Notes: a model not told the origin generated them from the letters alone. A stretch of 64,000 nucleotides of DNA from Eledone cirrhosa (GCA_964016885.1 OZ024747.1:62496001-62560000); one strand, 5' to 3'; counted from the stretch's first letter, positions 13,391 to 27,030 are shown. A program made the numbers and translations.

Positions 13391-13661
13391 CTATCTATTT
13401 ATCACTCTCTCACTCTCTCTCTCCCTCTATATATATATATATATATTTATATATCTGTATGCAGTTGATGGCCAAGAGAAAAAAAGATTACTCAATGCTG
13501 AAGTGGAGTTTAAATATTCATGTTTAAATTTACAACACTTATTTTGCAACTGGATTATATATATTAAGTTTCAGTAATATACTGAATGTATTTCCATTTC
13601 CCTATAAAAGTATACCTAATGTAAAACTAACATCCACATCGTTTTATTCATGTACATCTAA

Positions 13662-14031
13662 CTCTTAAACTCCTGTATTGCAAGAAACAATATGAGCAAA
13701 ACATTCATAAACTGTACAAAACAACTCTTTAACTGCATCACCTTAAAATTTAAAGTCTTTACTTTAATATTGCTGATTTTCACATAGTAATGTCCTATAG
13801 TAACGACACTATAAACATTTGGATTAAGAAACCACACGAAACCACATTTACGAGACCTTTCTGACATGCTAAAAAATAACACTAGAACTGCATCACATTA
13901 AAAACTAAAGTCTTTACGCTAATACAGCAAATTTTCACAGCTATATGTCCACCAGTAAAACTATTATGAACGTTTAATTATCAAACCCGCTTTTAGATAT
14001 TTACTGCAGAATTATTACAGGATGTTAAGAG
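13662..14031. mobile_element. piggyBac-like MITE
   Basis: TIRs CTCTTAAACTCCTGTA / TACAGGATGTTAAGAG, flanked by CTAA and TTAA (degenerate TTAA TSD). Internal direct duplication 13731-13820 / 13886-13975. Confidence 0.65.
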
Positions 14032-14265
14032 TTAAAGCAATCAAGCGTTGTTGAGTTTAATGTGTAGCCTGTTTATAAACCTAAACACAATAACCGTCTG
14101 GTTTATTGGTCTGTGGTCAGTTATATTCTCAGTTTTCTATCAAGTCAACAGTTTGTGATAATGGAGACAACACAATAATGTCCACTGCTCACCTGTATAA
14201 CATGTTCATTAAACAATACACTGCAATCAACTCTATCGACTGTTTGTAATATTTCAGTATATAAG

Positions 14266-14474
14266 GGCGGTGGGTTGGCTGTATCAGTGGAGCGTCGGAA
14301 AACATGCTTTATGCCATAGAGTTACGGCCCTTTACGATCTAAATTCAAATCCTGCCGAGGTTAGCTTTGCCTTTTATTCCTACGGGGTTGATAAATTAAA
14401 GTATCAGGAATCACTGGAATCGACTTTTTTCTTCCCCCCTCCAATTGTTAGCCTTGTGTCTAAATCAGAAACCC
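14266..14474 (+). mobile_element. SINE family 1 with target-site duplication
   Basis: SINE1 body flanked on both sides by ATATTTCAGTATATAAG. Confidence 0.85.
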
Positions 14475-14491
14475 ATATTTCAGTATATAAG

Positions 14492-14830
14492 AGGCGTGAA
14501 GTCACGTGGCTTTGTGGTTAGGGTGTTCGACTGGCTCACTATCATAAGGTCGTGAGACGGAGACACATTGTGTTCGAGAGTTGAGTAAGACATTTTATTT
14601 CGCATTGCTCTAATACACTCACGTGGAAAAGAAGATGAGTTGTACCTGTAATCAAAAGAGCCAGTCTTGTGACAAGCTGTGACACGCTGTGCCAGACTGT
14701 GCCACGCTAAATCTCTTTGAGAATAACATTAAGGTTATACATGTTTATAGAATACTTAGTCACTTGTGCGGGTAATATCACGAGCAGACTGTTCCATTGT
14801 TCAAACAAAACGCATAGTCGCAACCGACGG
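14492..14830 (+). mobile_element. SINE family 2
   Basis: GTGGCTTTGTGGTTAGGG head, TTGAGTAAGACATTTTATTTC core; tail shared with the 3700-3880 and 32200-32360 copies. Confidence 0.7.
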
Positions 14831-15324
14831 AGGTTCATCAGAGAGAGAGAGAGACATACACGCGTACACACACAACAGGGTATAGAATGCTAAAGACGTT
14901 TGAGTGCCGGATTAAATACTTTCAGTATTTACTCATGGTATTTTCCAGATTTATAATACTGGATATTCAGATGGAAGAAACAGTGGATTGTTATATTTAG
15001 TGCTTTCCTTTCCTTTTTGTTTTCTTATCTCGCTGCTACCATCTTTGCCACCGTTATTGAATACTTACAAAGTCTCAAATACAATATTTGGTTGTTAATC
15101 TACGCAGTTATGTCCACGGGGGGTGCCCTAGACACAGAGCCCATCACTTTCACCCTCTCTTTTTCTTCTGTGGCCCTAGAGTCCTTGCTTTTCCCCTTCT
15201 TTTCTTCTCATTTATGGCTTTTATAGTCTTTTTCTCTACTTTCCCACACAGCCAGATCTGCCTTTCTTTACCCCTTCCACATTTGCAATGTTATTTATAA
15301 AATTATTCACAAGTGATAGACAAT

Positions 15325-15515
15325 TTAGGAACACGGGCAGTAAGTTGGTATATTTAAGGGGTGAATAGAAGTAAACATACACACACATGTACACCAGGTC
15401 CGGACACAGGGGAGCCGAACTCCACTGTCATCGCCTCCGTCTCTCTTGTCCTCCCCATCTCTCACTATTATGAGCAAATGGGGTCTCACGCGCTGGCCGC
15501 CCCATGGCAGGAAAC
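15325..15515 (-). mobile_element. CRE-like retrotransposon 3' UTR fragment
   Basis: Reverse complement is homologous to 24402-24495 (GGCCAGC.CGTG.GACCCCATTTGCTCAT...GACAG.GGAGTTCGGC...CGGACC). Confidence 0.65.
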
Positions 15516-15699
15516 CATTTATCAAATGATATACAACATTTAAAATGATAAATTATCTACGTCTTGGTCTACTCCAAAAAATAGAACGTATAGTTAAGCA
15601 AGAATGGAGTATTTTTGAGTAAAGTAAATATTTTCAAACACGAATATAAGACTGACTTGGATCAAATGTCTTATCAAAACAGACATTATCCCAGTTTTA

Positions 15700-15925
15700 T
15701 GTGGTGTGAAGCTACTGAGAATAGAAGACTCAAACCCCTTGGATAGGACGCCAGTTCGTCTTAAAGTTAAACTCTGATTCTACTGGCATTCATTTTCAGT
15801 TGAGCAGAGTGGCACAACGTGAAATGAAACTCGTCTCTCAAGGACACGACGTGCCGCTCGGTGAAGGAATCGAAGCCACGGGCTTACAACTACATCTCCA
15901 ACACCCTAATCATAAGGCCGCTTAC
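15700..15925 (-). mobile_element. SINE family 2
   Basis: CAACGTGAAATGAA..CTCAAGGACAC...GGAATCGAA motifs. Confidence 0.7.
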
Positions 15926-16704
15926 ATCCACAATATAAACAGAAATAAACATATAAGTAAATACAATAAAAAATAATAAAACTAAAATAAATTTCTAAAT
16001 TAAATAAAGTGCAAGAATTAAACTAAAAAAATACGACAGAAACCAAACTCTGTTTTCTAATCGAGTTTGTTGAATGGTTGTGAAAGAGTTAATGGGAAGC
16101 GGGGCCCACACCAACATCGACCTTCATATCTTCACTACAATAACCCAAACAGAACTACATTATGGAAATTCACATCGAACTTCTGTCGTATCTAAACAAT
16201 TACATTGATTTATATTCGATTATGTTTCCACTTGTTTGGTTAATTTTAAAATGAATATTTTATGTTTTTTATTTTTTTAAAATTTTATATTTTTATTTTG
16301 CAGTTTAGATTTTATATTTTCTGGTTTGTTATTCCTTCAAACATTTATTACGGTTAAGTACTGACAAATATTTCGAAATATACATAATTACCACCATATC
16401 AACACAGATGCGCAGTTTCCCGTTGCTATTTACTGAAGCGTTATCAATATTTTCACAGAAAACGTGAACCGCAACAGAATGTACTACTGTGAGAGAATTC
16501 AATATGTATGAAAAGTTATCCATGCAGTAGATGATCTGATAAGATTTATATATATGGGACAAATGGTTTCGCTATTTTTATCAGAGTGTAAGTGTTATAG
16601 AGTTGTTGAAAATCGAGGTTATGATGCAAGTTCAATTTCCGGTTGTACCATTTTATTTAACTCCGAGACGTATTGACAATTTAATTTAGGTTCCTACTTA
16701 TGGC

Positions 16705-16781
<77 letters not shown>

Positions 16782-17189
16782 AAGAGAAAGAAAGAAAGAG
16801 AAAGAAAGAGGTTTTGAAAGCTCATCTACCTATGATAATTCATGAGGGAGGGGTAATAGAACGATTTTCTACTCTAAATACCTACAGACCGTGTTAGGTA
16901 TATTTATGCAGTGGAAAGACGATAGGTGAGACTAATGAGAATTAAACAGAAAAGTCAGTAATACAAGAGAGCAGAATACTCTAATATGGCGAGGCTGGAA
17001 TGAAATATTGTATTAATATATCAGATGTTGCTTCGTAGTTCCGGCAGATAGAATGGTAAATGTGTTACCCGGGAGAATAGCATAGAAAATGGAGTTTAAA
17101 GAGCCAATCCAACTTAGGGTGCTCGTTGTTTTAGTGACAGAAGTATACTGTGAAGTTCTTTAGTATAGTTTATATATGAAATCCAATAT

Positions 17190-17492
17190 CTCTCCAGGTA
17201 GAGCCGCTATTTCTCCGAATTAAGAGATCATAGCTCCGATACTATGGGTGTATGGTTAGAATGTCTCAGGAAAGAATCGCTGGACAGATTTTACGGGCAA
17301 AATCAAGCAGCAGGAGACCCAGGTGTAGACCCCGAGCAAGATGGTTGGATAACATCCATGACCTTGGCTGGTCACTCTTTGGGATCCAGCCGGATCAGTT
17401 GGAGACGGTTGCTTCTGACAGGACCTATTAGAGAGACTGTTTGAGGACTCTGCCGCCACTACCCTCTCAGGAATAAGTGGGCGAAGATGAAG
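17190..17492 (+). mobile_element. RTE-clade LINE 3' end
   Basis: Translation LQVEPLFLRIKRS*LRYYGCMVRMSQERIAGQIL....RRPRCRPRARWLDNI...ASDRTY*R, typical of the RTE C-terminus. Confidence 0.8.
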
Positions 17493-18093
17493 AAAAAAAA
17501 ATCTGTCTACATTTTCTGGTGTAAAGATTTGTAATGGTAATGGCGTTATTAGACATGAAGGGTTTTTAAAAGTACTCATTTCCGGTTTCATATCATGGAT
17601 ACGGGGATGAGAATACACACAGCAGCTAAAATTCACAAAAGATTTGGTACCTGTTACTAGATCTGTCAACTCTCTCACCCACTTTGGGATAAGTGGGAGT
17701 TGTCTTCTCTTGTGAAAATGGGTATAGTTTTCATTATATAAAATCTCCCATTTTGCCTCATTTTCCTCTGTTTCGGGGCACTTTTTTCGTGGTACTTCCC
17801 GTTTAGGATTTTAGAGGTTGCCAGGTCTGCTTTTACAGATTTGTATATATTTTTATATCGCAATTTCTAGATATTATTGTTGTTAGTTAAATGTGAGTTG
17901 ATTGGTCCATTCTTCTTCGAAGGAATGGTGTCACTAGTACAGTCAATAAAGGAACGCTGTAGAGGTCCTGCAAGACATCAAAACGAAGCTACAGACCATG
18001 TAAACATCTTTAATGAATACGTTCTGGTCCCAGTAAGACGGAGCGAGACCCCACACTTCCAACGAGTGGCGAGAATGGATGAAATATAGCTAC

Positions 18094-18136
<43 letters not shown>

Positions 18137-19053
18137 ACCCCACTCTCCAGAGCGTGAAATTAATAAACATTCATTGTACTGCCTCTCTGTTTTGTTCCTG
18201 TTCAAATTTTTCCATTATATATATATACATATACATACATATACATATGCATACATACATATATATATATATATATACATACATATACATAGATACATAC
18301 TTATATATATACATACATATATATACATATACATAAATACATATTATATATATATATATACATTATATATATATATATTCACATACATATACATATATAT
18401 ATATATACATATACATATACATATATATATACATACATATACATATATACATACATATACATACATATACATATATATACATACATATACATATATATAT
18501 ACATATATATATACATATACATACATATACATAAATACATACATATATATATATATACACATAAACACACATATATATATACATAGATACGTACATACAT
18601 ACATACATATACATACACACACATATACACTTGATTTATAAGATATTACTTCAATACTATTCATTTTTAAACATATATTCTATCAGTAAGTATAAGTGAT
18701 AAAATATTCAGTATTCCCCTATGTAACATACATCCAATAAAGATAATTTTTATGCAAGTATTTCAAAAGATATTGTTCACTTAGTAGAGAGTATTAAAGA
18801 GTTATATGGAAATATATGTTGTAATTAATGTGAACGGATCTGATATTAGATTCACAACATTGGATAAGGTGTTTCCAAGTACAATTTAACCGCTTTCTAA
18901 AATAATCTACTTTTTTTATCTTCCAGGAGGGATTTGGAGGGAAATAAGTTTAGGTATAATATATGTGCACTGGGATGTGATGATTATATATATATATATA
19001 TATATATATTGACGAAACATAAGTCAATTGCATGAACTCATAATCCTTTATTT

Positions 19054-19109
19054 ACTGCTATATATATTTCGATGATAGCCATTGAATGGCTATGACCTCA
19101 TCAGGCAGT
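19054..19109 (-). ncRNA. Minimal type I hammerhead ribozyme
   Basis: Minus strand: ACTGC CTGATGA GGTC-ATAGCCAT-TCA-ATGGCTAT-CATC GAAA TATATA TA GCAGT. Stem I is a perfect 5 bp; cleavage triplet AUA. Confidence 0.85.
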
Positions 19110-19267
19110 TAGTCAGTTCTTAGATATGCCAGCTCTGTGTTTATAGTGTTGATGGTATCAGAGCCTTGGGACATATGAGCTTGTTAGGAATAATTTAATG
19201 TTGTCAGCAGGAATAGTCTTGATTCTCATTGGTCAGTTTGTAGATGGTAGATGTGTGGGAGGAGGTG

Positions 19268-19347
<80 letters not shown>

Positions 19348-19790
19348 TATACATTATTTTATGTTACTTCAGTTCATTTAACTGGCGAAAGTGAGTTGTG
19401 TCTCGTATTGAAATGGCGTATCACCTTCAACCTACATACATGCATGCATACGTACATACATAGACACACATACACACGCGCGCACCTCTCTCCCCCATAT
19501 ATATATATATTATTATACTTTAGGAGTGTCATGCTGCCAACAAAAACACACGCACCTGTTGGTTTTCACTTCAATTTATTATAAATTTGGTTCGATAACT
19601 GGATGGTTGTTTATATATTGTCAAAGTTCTTTCGTCACACATTGACTGAGGAGCTTCCGATTCCAGAGTCAGGTTCGATCATTAATCGATCGTTCCTCGA
19701 GCTGATCGACAGTGAATCATACGTAATATGTAATTAAATCTGTATATGATGCAAAACTGATTCTTTGTTCCCTTATATACTATTATTATT

Positions 19791-19980
19791 AGTGGATTGG
19801 CAGTATCGCTAGAGGGTCGGACGCCATGCTTTGACGCATAGAGTTACGGCGCTTGCCATTCTGAGTTCAAATCCCGCCGAGGTTAACTTTGCCTTTCATC
19901 CTTACGGGGTCGATAAAATAAAGTACCAGTAATACACTGGGTAATTGCTGGCCTTGTGCCAAAAGTAGAAACAATTATTA
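19791..19980 (+). mobile_element. SINE family 1
   Basis: Near-consensus copy with A/B boxes, core and (ATT)n tail. Confidence 0.9.
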
Positions 19981-19982
19981 TT

Positions 19983-20019
<37 letters not shown>

Positions 20020-20803
20020 CTGTCCCATGAATATGTACCAAAAGAAATTCTATGTGTGGTTTGGTTTCCAAATAATCTGAGTTTTCGGCAACAGGATCCT
20101 GTTTCTTGAAAACAAAGTCGTTTACTTCCCACCTATTACCCCAAACAAACCTCAATAGAACAGCAATCTATCTCCAGTAACATTTTAAAACGTCATAGCA
20201 CCTGACAGCTACCTATACCTGATAACTAGGCTTAATTATGGTGTTCAATTTTAAACGTGCGTAAAGAAGTTAGCCGACAAGAATGCTGTAGCGTGAATGA
20301 TCGACCTGCTACAATTAGTAGACAATTCCTTTCAAAACACACTGAATTGTATCAACATAAAAAGAATGATACCTTATTCCCGGAGTAAAATACGAGATGG
20401 CTATTAGTATATACTATAAGAAGAAAATGAAAAAGAAAAAGAAAAATAAAAAGAAAAAGAAGAAGAAGAATCAACAAAAATTCTTCATTGATATTCTATT
20501 TATCGACTCCCAAAGGATGAAAAGCGAAGAAGATGTGATCGGGGAAGGAGTTTGAGCGTAGAGCGCAAAGTGTCGAAACAAATACCGCAAGGTATTGTGT
20601 CACAATATATCACTGTATTTACTGTATTACAAACGTTTCATTAAATTACAGTATCTGAGGACTTGGTGAGGTTACCCTAAACATACGGAAAGTCAACAGC
20701 ATTGACTCAATCCTTATGCTTAGAGAATATATCGTGTGTATGTAACCCTAACTCCTGGTGGAGCCCCGGGGTTCCCCTACTGACATATGATGTGTCTTAG
20801 TTA

Positions 20804-22691
20804 TTTTAAACCTGTTTGAGCTCATCACTCTCCAGGTCTGAACGCAGTTTTAAACCTGGTTTGGCCCATCACTCTCCAGGTCTGTACACAGCTAATTTTA
20901 AACCTGGTTTGGCCCATCACTCTCCAGGTCTGTACACAGTTAATTTTAAACCTGGTTTAGCACATCACTCTCCAGGTCTGTACACAGTTAATTTTAAACC
21001 TGGTTTAGCACATCACTCTCCAGGTCTGTACACAGTTAATTTTAAACCTGGTTTAGCACATCACTCTCCAGGTCTGTACACAGTTAATTTTAAACCTGGT
21101 TTAGCACATCACTCTCCAGGTCTGTACACAGTTAATTTTAAACCTGGTTTAGCACATCACTCTCCAGGTCTGTACACAGTTAATTTTAAACCTGGTTTAG
21201 CACATCACTCTCCAGGTCTGTACACAGTTAATTTTAAACCTGGTTTAGCACATCACTCTCCAGGTCTGTACACAGTTAATTTTAAACCTGGTTTAGCACA
21301 TCACTCTCCAGGTCTGTACACAGTTAATTTTAAACCTGGTTTAGCACATCACTCTCCAGGTCTGTACACAGTTAATTTTAAACCTGGTTTAGCACATCAC
21401 TCTCCAGGTCTGTACACAGTTAATTTTAAACCTGGTTTAGCACATCACTCTCCAGGTCTGTACACAGTTAATTTTAAACCTGGTTTAGCACATCACTCTC
21501 CAGGTCTGTACACAGTTAATTTTAAACCTGGTTTAGCACATCACTCTCCAGGTCTGTACACAGTTAATTTTAAACCTGGTTTAGCACATCACTCTCCAGG
21601 TCTGTACACAGTTAATTTTAAACCTGGTTTAGCACATCACTCTCCAGGTCTGTATACAGCTAATTTTAAACCTGGTTTAGCACATCACTCTCCAGGTCTG
21701 TACACAGTTAATTTTAAACCTGGTTTAGCACATCACTCTCCAGGTCTGTACACAGTTAATTTTAAACCTGGTTTAGCACATCACTCTCCAGGTCTGAATA
21801 CAGCTAATTTTAAACCTGGTTTAGCACATCACTCTCCAGGTCTGTACACAGCTAATTTTAAACCTGGTTTAGCACATCACTCTCCAGGTCTGTACACAGC
21901 TAATTTTAAACCTGTTTTAGCACATCACTCTCCAGGTCTGTACACAGCTAATTTTAAACCTGGTTTAGCACACCACTCTCCAGGTCTGTACACAGCTAAT
22001 TTTAAACCTGGTTTAGCACATCACTCTCCAGGTCTGTACACAGTTAATTTTAAACCTGTTTTAGCACATCACTCTCCAGGTCTGTACACAGTTAATTTTA
22101 AACCTGGTTTAGCACATCACTCTCCAGGTCTGTACACAGCTAATTTTAAACCTGGTTTAGCACATCACTCTCCAGGTCTGTACACAGCTAATTTTAAACC
22201 TGGTTTAGCACATCACTCTCCAGATCTGTACACAGTTAATTTTAAACCTGGTTTAGCACATCACTCTCCAGGTCTGTACACAATTAAATTTAAACCTGGT
22301 TTAGCACATCACTCTCCAGGTCTGTACACAGCTAATTTTAAACCTGGTTTAGCACATCACTCTCCAGGTCTGTACACAGTTAATTTAAAACCCGGTTTAG
22401 CACATCACTCTCCAGGTCTGAATACAGTTAATTTTAGACCTGGTTTAGCACATCACTCTCCAGGTCTGTACACAGTTAATTTTAAACCTGGTTTAGCACA
22501 TCACTCTCCAGGTCTGTACACAGCTAATTTTAAACCTGGTTTAGCACATCACTCTCCAGGTCTGTACACAGCTAATTTTAAACCTGGTTTAGCACATCAC
22601 TCTCCAGGTCTGTACACAGCTAATTTTAAACCTGGTTTAGCACATCACTCTCCAGGTCTGAATACAGCTAATTTAAAACCTGGTTTAGCAC
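20804..22691. repeat. 48-bp minisatellite, about 39 copies
   Basis: Unit AATTTTAAACCTGGTTTAGCACATCACTCTCCAGGTCTGTACACAGTT. Reads as an open 16-aa repeat on the + strand. Confidence 0.98.
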
Positions 22692-24269
22692 AGAAGGAGA
22701 AGCAATGATATCAAGGAAGTGAGAAAGAGACAAAAGATGTAGAAGATAAATCGACATTAGTAGTAGACTGGTACTTCTTTTATCGACCTAGAAAGGATGG
22801 AAAGCTCCATTGATCTCTGCCGGATTTGAACTCAGAACGTAGAGGGTTAGAACGAATAGCTTATGATCACAATGTTCTGGCTTTGATTCTCATATCAGGT
22901 GATACGTTGTGTTCATTCGTAAGGCATTTCATTTCATGTTGCTCCTGTTCACTCATCTGCAATGATTACCAGCAGTAGCGGCAACTGGAAGTTAACCCTG
23001 AGATGAGGCGGTGTCCCGTCAAGGGGAGGATAAGTATTGTATTATGAGTCGGTTAACACTTCCAGCTCGAGCAGATATAAAAAAAAGAAACAGACGTAAA
23101 ATGATAATTCTAACTCTTTAGGATTGTACTAATTGTCTTTTTAAAGGTTTTGTGGTATTTTTGTTGTTGTGAGGATATTTAGCTACTCACTCTAGCAGCT
23201 CAAGTAACGTGCTCGGAGTACGGTCGTTAGTTTATTAAAATTGCGCTGTTACTTCATTGAGAGAATACTTCCTGTTGCAGAAGGCTTTTCTTCACTTCTA
23301 TTGACAAAACCAACAAAGATTTAGAAAATAAAAATAGATATGGCTGCTAAGTCTTCTCTTTTGTAGTAATTTGCTACAGAATTTTCTTTTGACGCTCTGG
23401 AAAGTAATGAAGTGAACAGAGCTGTCAGTTGAGAGACTCTTTCATGATTTACATTGACGTTTTATTGTGATGGTTTCTGTCATTGCTTTGGAACACATCA
23501 CTTGAATTTAATTTCTTATCCAGTCTAAATAGGTTCCACTTCTTAGATCGAAAGGAAAATATTGGAATTTATGTTTTTTTGTTTTTTTTTGTTTTGTTTT
23601 GTTTGTTTCAACGAGAAGTTATATTTAACCAGTAACAATGAAGAAATTCAAATCTGTTTTAATTAATTTTTCTCAAAATAAAAACAATATTGACGAAATG
23701 ATGAACTAGTAAGATTTATCGGGTCAGAAATATATAAAGGAAGGACGAAAACAAAATAGAAAGAAAGAGTGTTTGATTAAAAACTTTGAAAGAGAGCCAA
23801 CAACTATTTTATTAATTATAAGTATTTTAGAGAATATAAAAGGAATCATTAATTATAGAAATGGCGTATCTCCCAAACAGAACTTCAATTAAGTATGATT
23901 GCTTCTGTGATTGAATCACAGAAGCTTTAATTGATTGCTTTTCAGTTGAATGTGGTGTTAATTCTTGAGAGGATTTAGTGTCAGCCTTTTTCATTGACAA
24001 TTCACATTTCAATGTGTTAAAATTTGCCTTACATTTCTCCAGTTCCATACCCAATAAATTAGATATCAATAATGTATTAGGTACAATATAATCGATTACA
24101 GTTTTCCGTTACAAAATTTGGTTTTACTTCCATGGAAGTAATTAATATTTTCTAGCGTCAAGTTGTTCTTCTCTTTGTAATAATTGGAAACTTCATTGAC
24201 AGCTTCACATGTTTATTGTATCGTCCAAGAGTTGGTACTGTATTAAGTTCCTCACTAAAAACATTTGAT

Positions 24270-24562
24270 GTTACATTCACCACCATAGGCGCTGAGCTGG
24301 CCAGCCGCAGGTGTGACCCTCGCGAGTTGGAATGGCTCTTCCAGCGCATCTCCCTGACCATCCTTCGGGGAAACGCCTTCTCCATTCTGTCTGCCGGGAC
24401 TGTGGAGAGGCCAGCACGTGGGACCCCATTTGCTCATCATACAGAGAGATGCAGAGGCTATGACAGCGGGAGTTCGGCCCTTCCACGTTCGGACCATATC
24501 CTTGTGGTTGTGTTCATTAAGCAGTTAATGAGCTTGCCAGAGGTGTTATATTATCCCTTATA
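24270..24562 (+). mobile_element. CRE-like (restriction-like endonuclease) non-LTR retrotransposon 3' end
   Basis: IGAELASRRCDPRELEWLFQRISLTILRGNAFSIL matches the CRE-type C-terminal signature (LFQRIS..I.RGNA.S.L). GC-rich 3' UTR; second copy at 15325-15515. Confidence 0.8.
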
Positions 24563-24634
24563 GTAGGTTTCACCTCATATAGAAAGGTTTATCAATGTTT
24601 TAATGATAAGGGATAAGAGTTTTATGATGAAAGG

Positions 24635-24785
24635 ACAGTCCGTTGCTGTGTTGGTACTCGTTATTTTCAACTGAGTAGACTGGAGTAATAAAAAAAAAAT
24701 CAAGTGTCTTACGCAAGGTATGTCCAAGAATGAAGCCCGTGACCTTATGATTATGAGTCCAAATCGCTAACTACCAGGCCACATG
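24635..24785 (-). mobile_element. SINE family 2 fragment
   Basis: CAACTGAGTAGACTGGAG..AAGTGTCTT..CAAGG core. Confidence 0.65.
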
Positions 24786-24842
24786 TATTTACATGTACTA
24801 AAACCACATGTAGAATTTCTTTTGTTACATATTCATGGATAG

Positions 24843-24908
<66 letters not shown>

Positions 24909-25313
24909 CTATGTATATATATATTATATATATATATATATAACTATGTATATATATATATTATATATATATATAACTATGTATATATATATTATATATA
25001 TATATAACTATGTATATATATAAAAACAAATAACGAAACGAAATTAAATTTCGTTTCGTTTGTAACTCACTTTTGTATGACTGACGCTTAAACAATTAAG
25101 TTAAAAATGTACATCCACATATGTATACTGAAATACTAGTATGCATATGAATACACACACGTGTACATATGTAGATGTACCGAGTTTTCACTGGTCACTT
25201 TACTGTGAGTGTCCAGCTATTCTGTATGTAAACACACATACAAACCGGTTTTTAGAGTCATACTGGTTTTTGAGGAAACACCTTTCCTCTATTCTCCAGA
25301 AAGCCAGACAAGG

Positions 25314-25358
25314 AATATTGGACTAGTTTCGATGTTGTTACATCTCATCAGCAATATT
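25314..25358 (-). ncRNA. Canonical minimal type I hammerhead ribozyme
   Basis: Minus strand: AATATTG CTGATGA GATGT-AACA-ACATC GAAA CTAG TC CAATATT. Perfect 7-bp stem I, 5-bp stem II with a G-C closing pair, palindromic ACUAGU stem III, GUC cleavage triplet. Confidence 0.93.
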
Positions 25359-25754
25359 TACCTATCTTCCGGCCTCTCTAGAGAATCGTGAAAGCACATA
25401 TCGCTATATGCTTTTTCTATGAAAATTAGTAGTGGGCAGACCAATTTGCATAGAGCGTGAGTACGTACCGGTTCAACGGAGACGATAAAAACAAATAACG
25501 AAACGAAATTAAATTTCGTTTCGTTTGTAACTCACTTTTGTATGACTGACGCTTAAACAATTAAGTTAAAAATGTACATCCACATATGTATACTGAAATA
25601 CGTGTGTGTATTCATATGCATACTAGTATTTCAGTATACATATGTGGATGTACATTTTTAACTTAATTTTTAACTTAATTGTTTATGTATATATATATTA
25701 TATATATACATATATATATATATTATATATATATATAACTATGTATATATATAT

Positions 25755-25807
<53 letters not shown>

Positions 25808-25832
25808 CTATGTATATATATATATATATTAT

Positions 25833-25865
<33 letters not shown>

Positions 25866-25917
25866 AAACTATGTATTATATATATATATACATATATATA
25901 TATATAAAACTATGTAT

Positions 25918-25951
<34 letters not shown>

Positions 25952-25960
25952 ACTATGTAT

Positions 25961-25998
<38 letters not shown>

Positions 25999-26013
25999 AC
26001 TATGTATTATATA

Positions 26014-26064
<51 letters not shown>

Positions 26065-26083
26065 TATATATATAATACATAGT

Positions 26084-26115
<32 letters not shown>

Positions 26116-26122
26116 ATACATA

Positions 26123-26161
<39 letters not shown>

Positions 26162-26162
26162 C

Positions 26163-26219
<57 letters not shown>

Positions 26220-26275
26220 CTATGTATATATATATATATATTATATATATATAAATATATATATATATATAAAAC

Positions 26276-26311
<36 letters not shown>

Positions 26312-26320
26312 TATGTATTA

Positions 26321-26411
<91 letters not shown>

Positions 26412-26436
26412 CTATGTATATATTTATATATATTAT

Positions 26437-26469
<33 letters not shown>

Positions 26470-26477
26470 AAACTATG

Positions 26478-26526
<49 letters not shown>

Positions 26527-26571
26527 CTATGTATTATATATATATACATATATATATATATAACTATGTAT

Positions 26572-26629
<58 letters not shown>

Positions 26630-26816
26630 GCGATTGCATTGTTGAACAAAGTGATGACGATTGGTCATCGACCCGGCACAGCTTTAATCGGGTCATTTGA
26701 TTGCAAACGAATCGAATATTATTATTAATGTTCGATATAACCCATACACACATACACACACACACATATATATATATATATCACATATATATATATATAT
26801 ATACATACATATATAC

Positions 26817-26897
<81 letters not shown>

Positions 26898-26956
26898 CAT
26901 ACTTACATTTATGTATCAGCTGTGCTAGGGCGAGAAATAATATTTTAATTTTATGT

Positions 26957-27028
<72 letters not shown>

Positions 27029-27030
<2 letters not shown>

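Noticed and set aside
16304-16590. Exon-like segment between TTTTGCAG and GTAAGT
   Set aside because: All three forward frames contain stops and no product is recognisable. A non-coding exon cannot be assessed from sequence alone.
17877-17935. ELIGPFFFEGMVS, similar to a Tc1/mariner-type transposase motif
   Set aside because: Only about 13 residues, with no flanking homology or TIRs visible. Too little to call.
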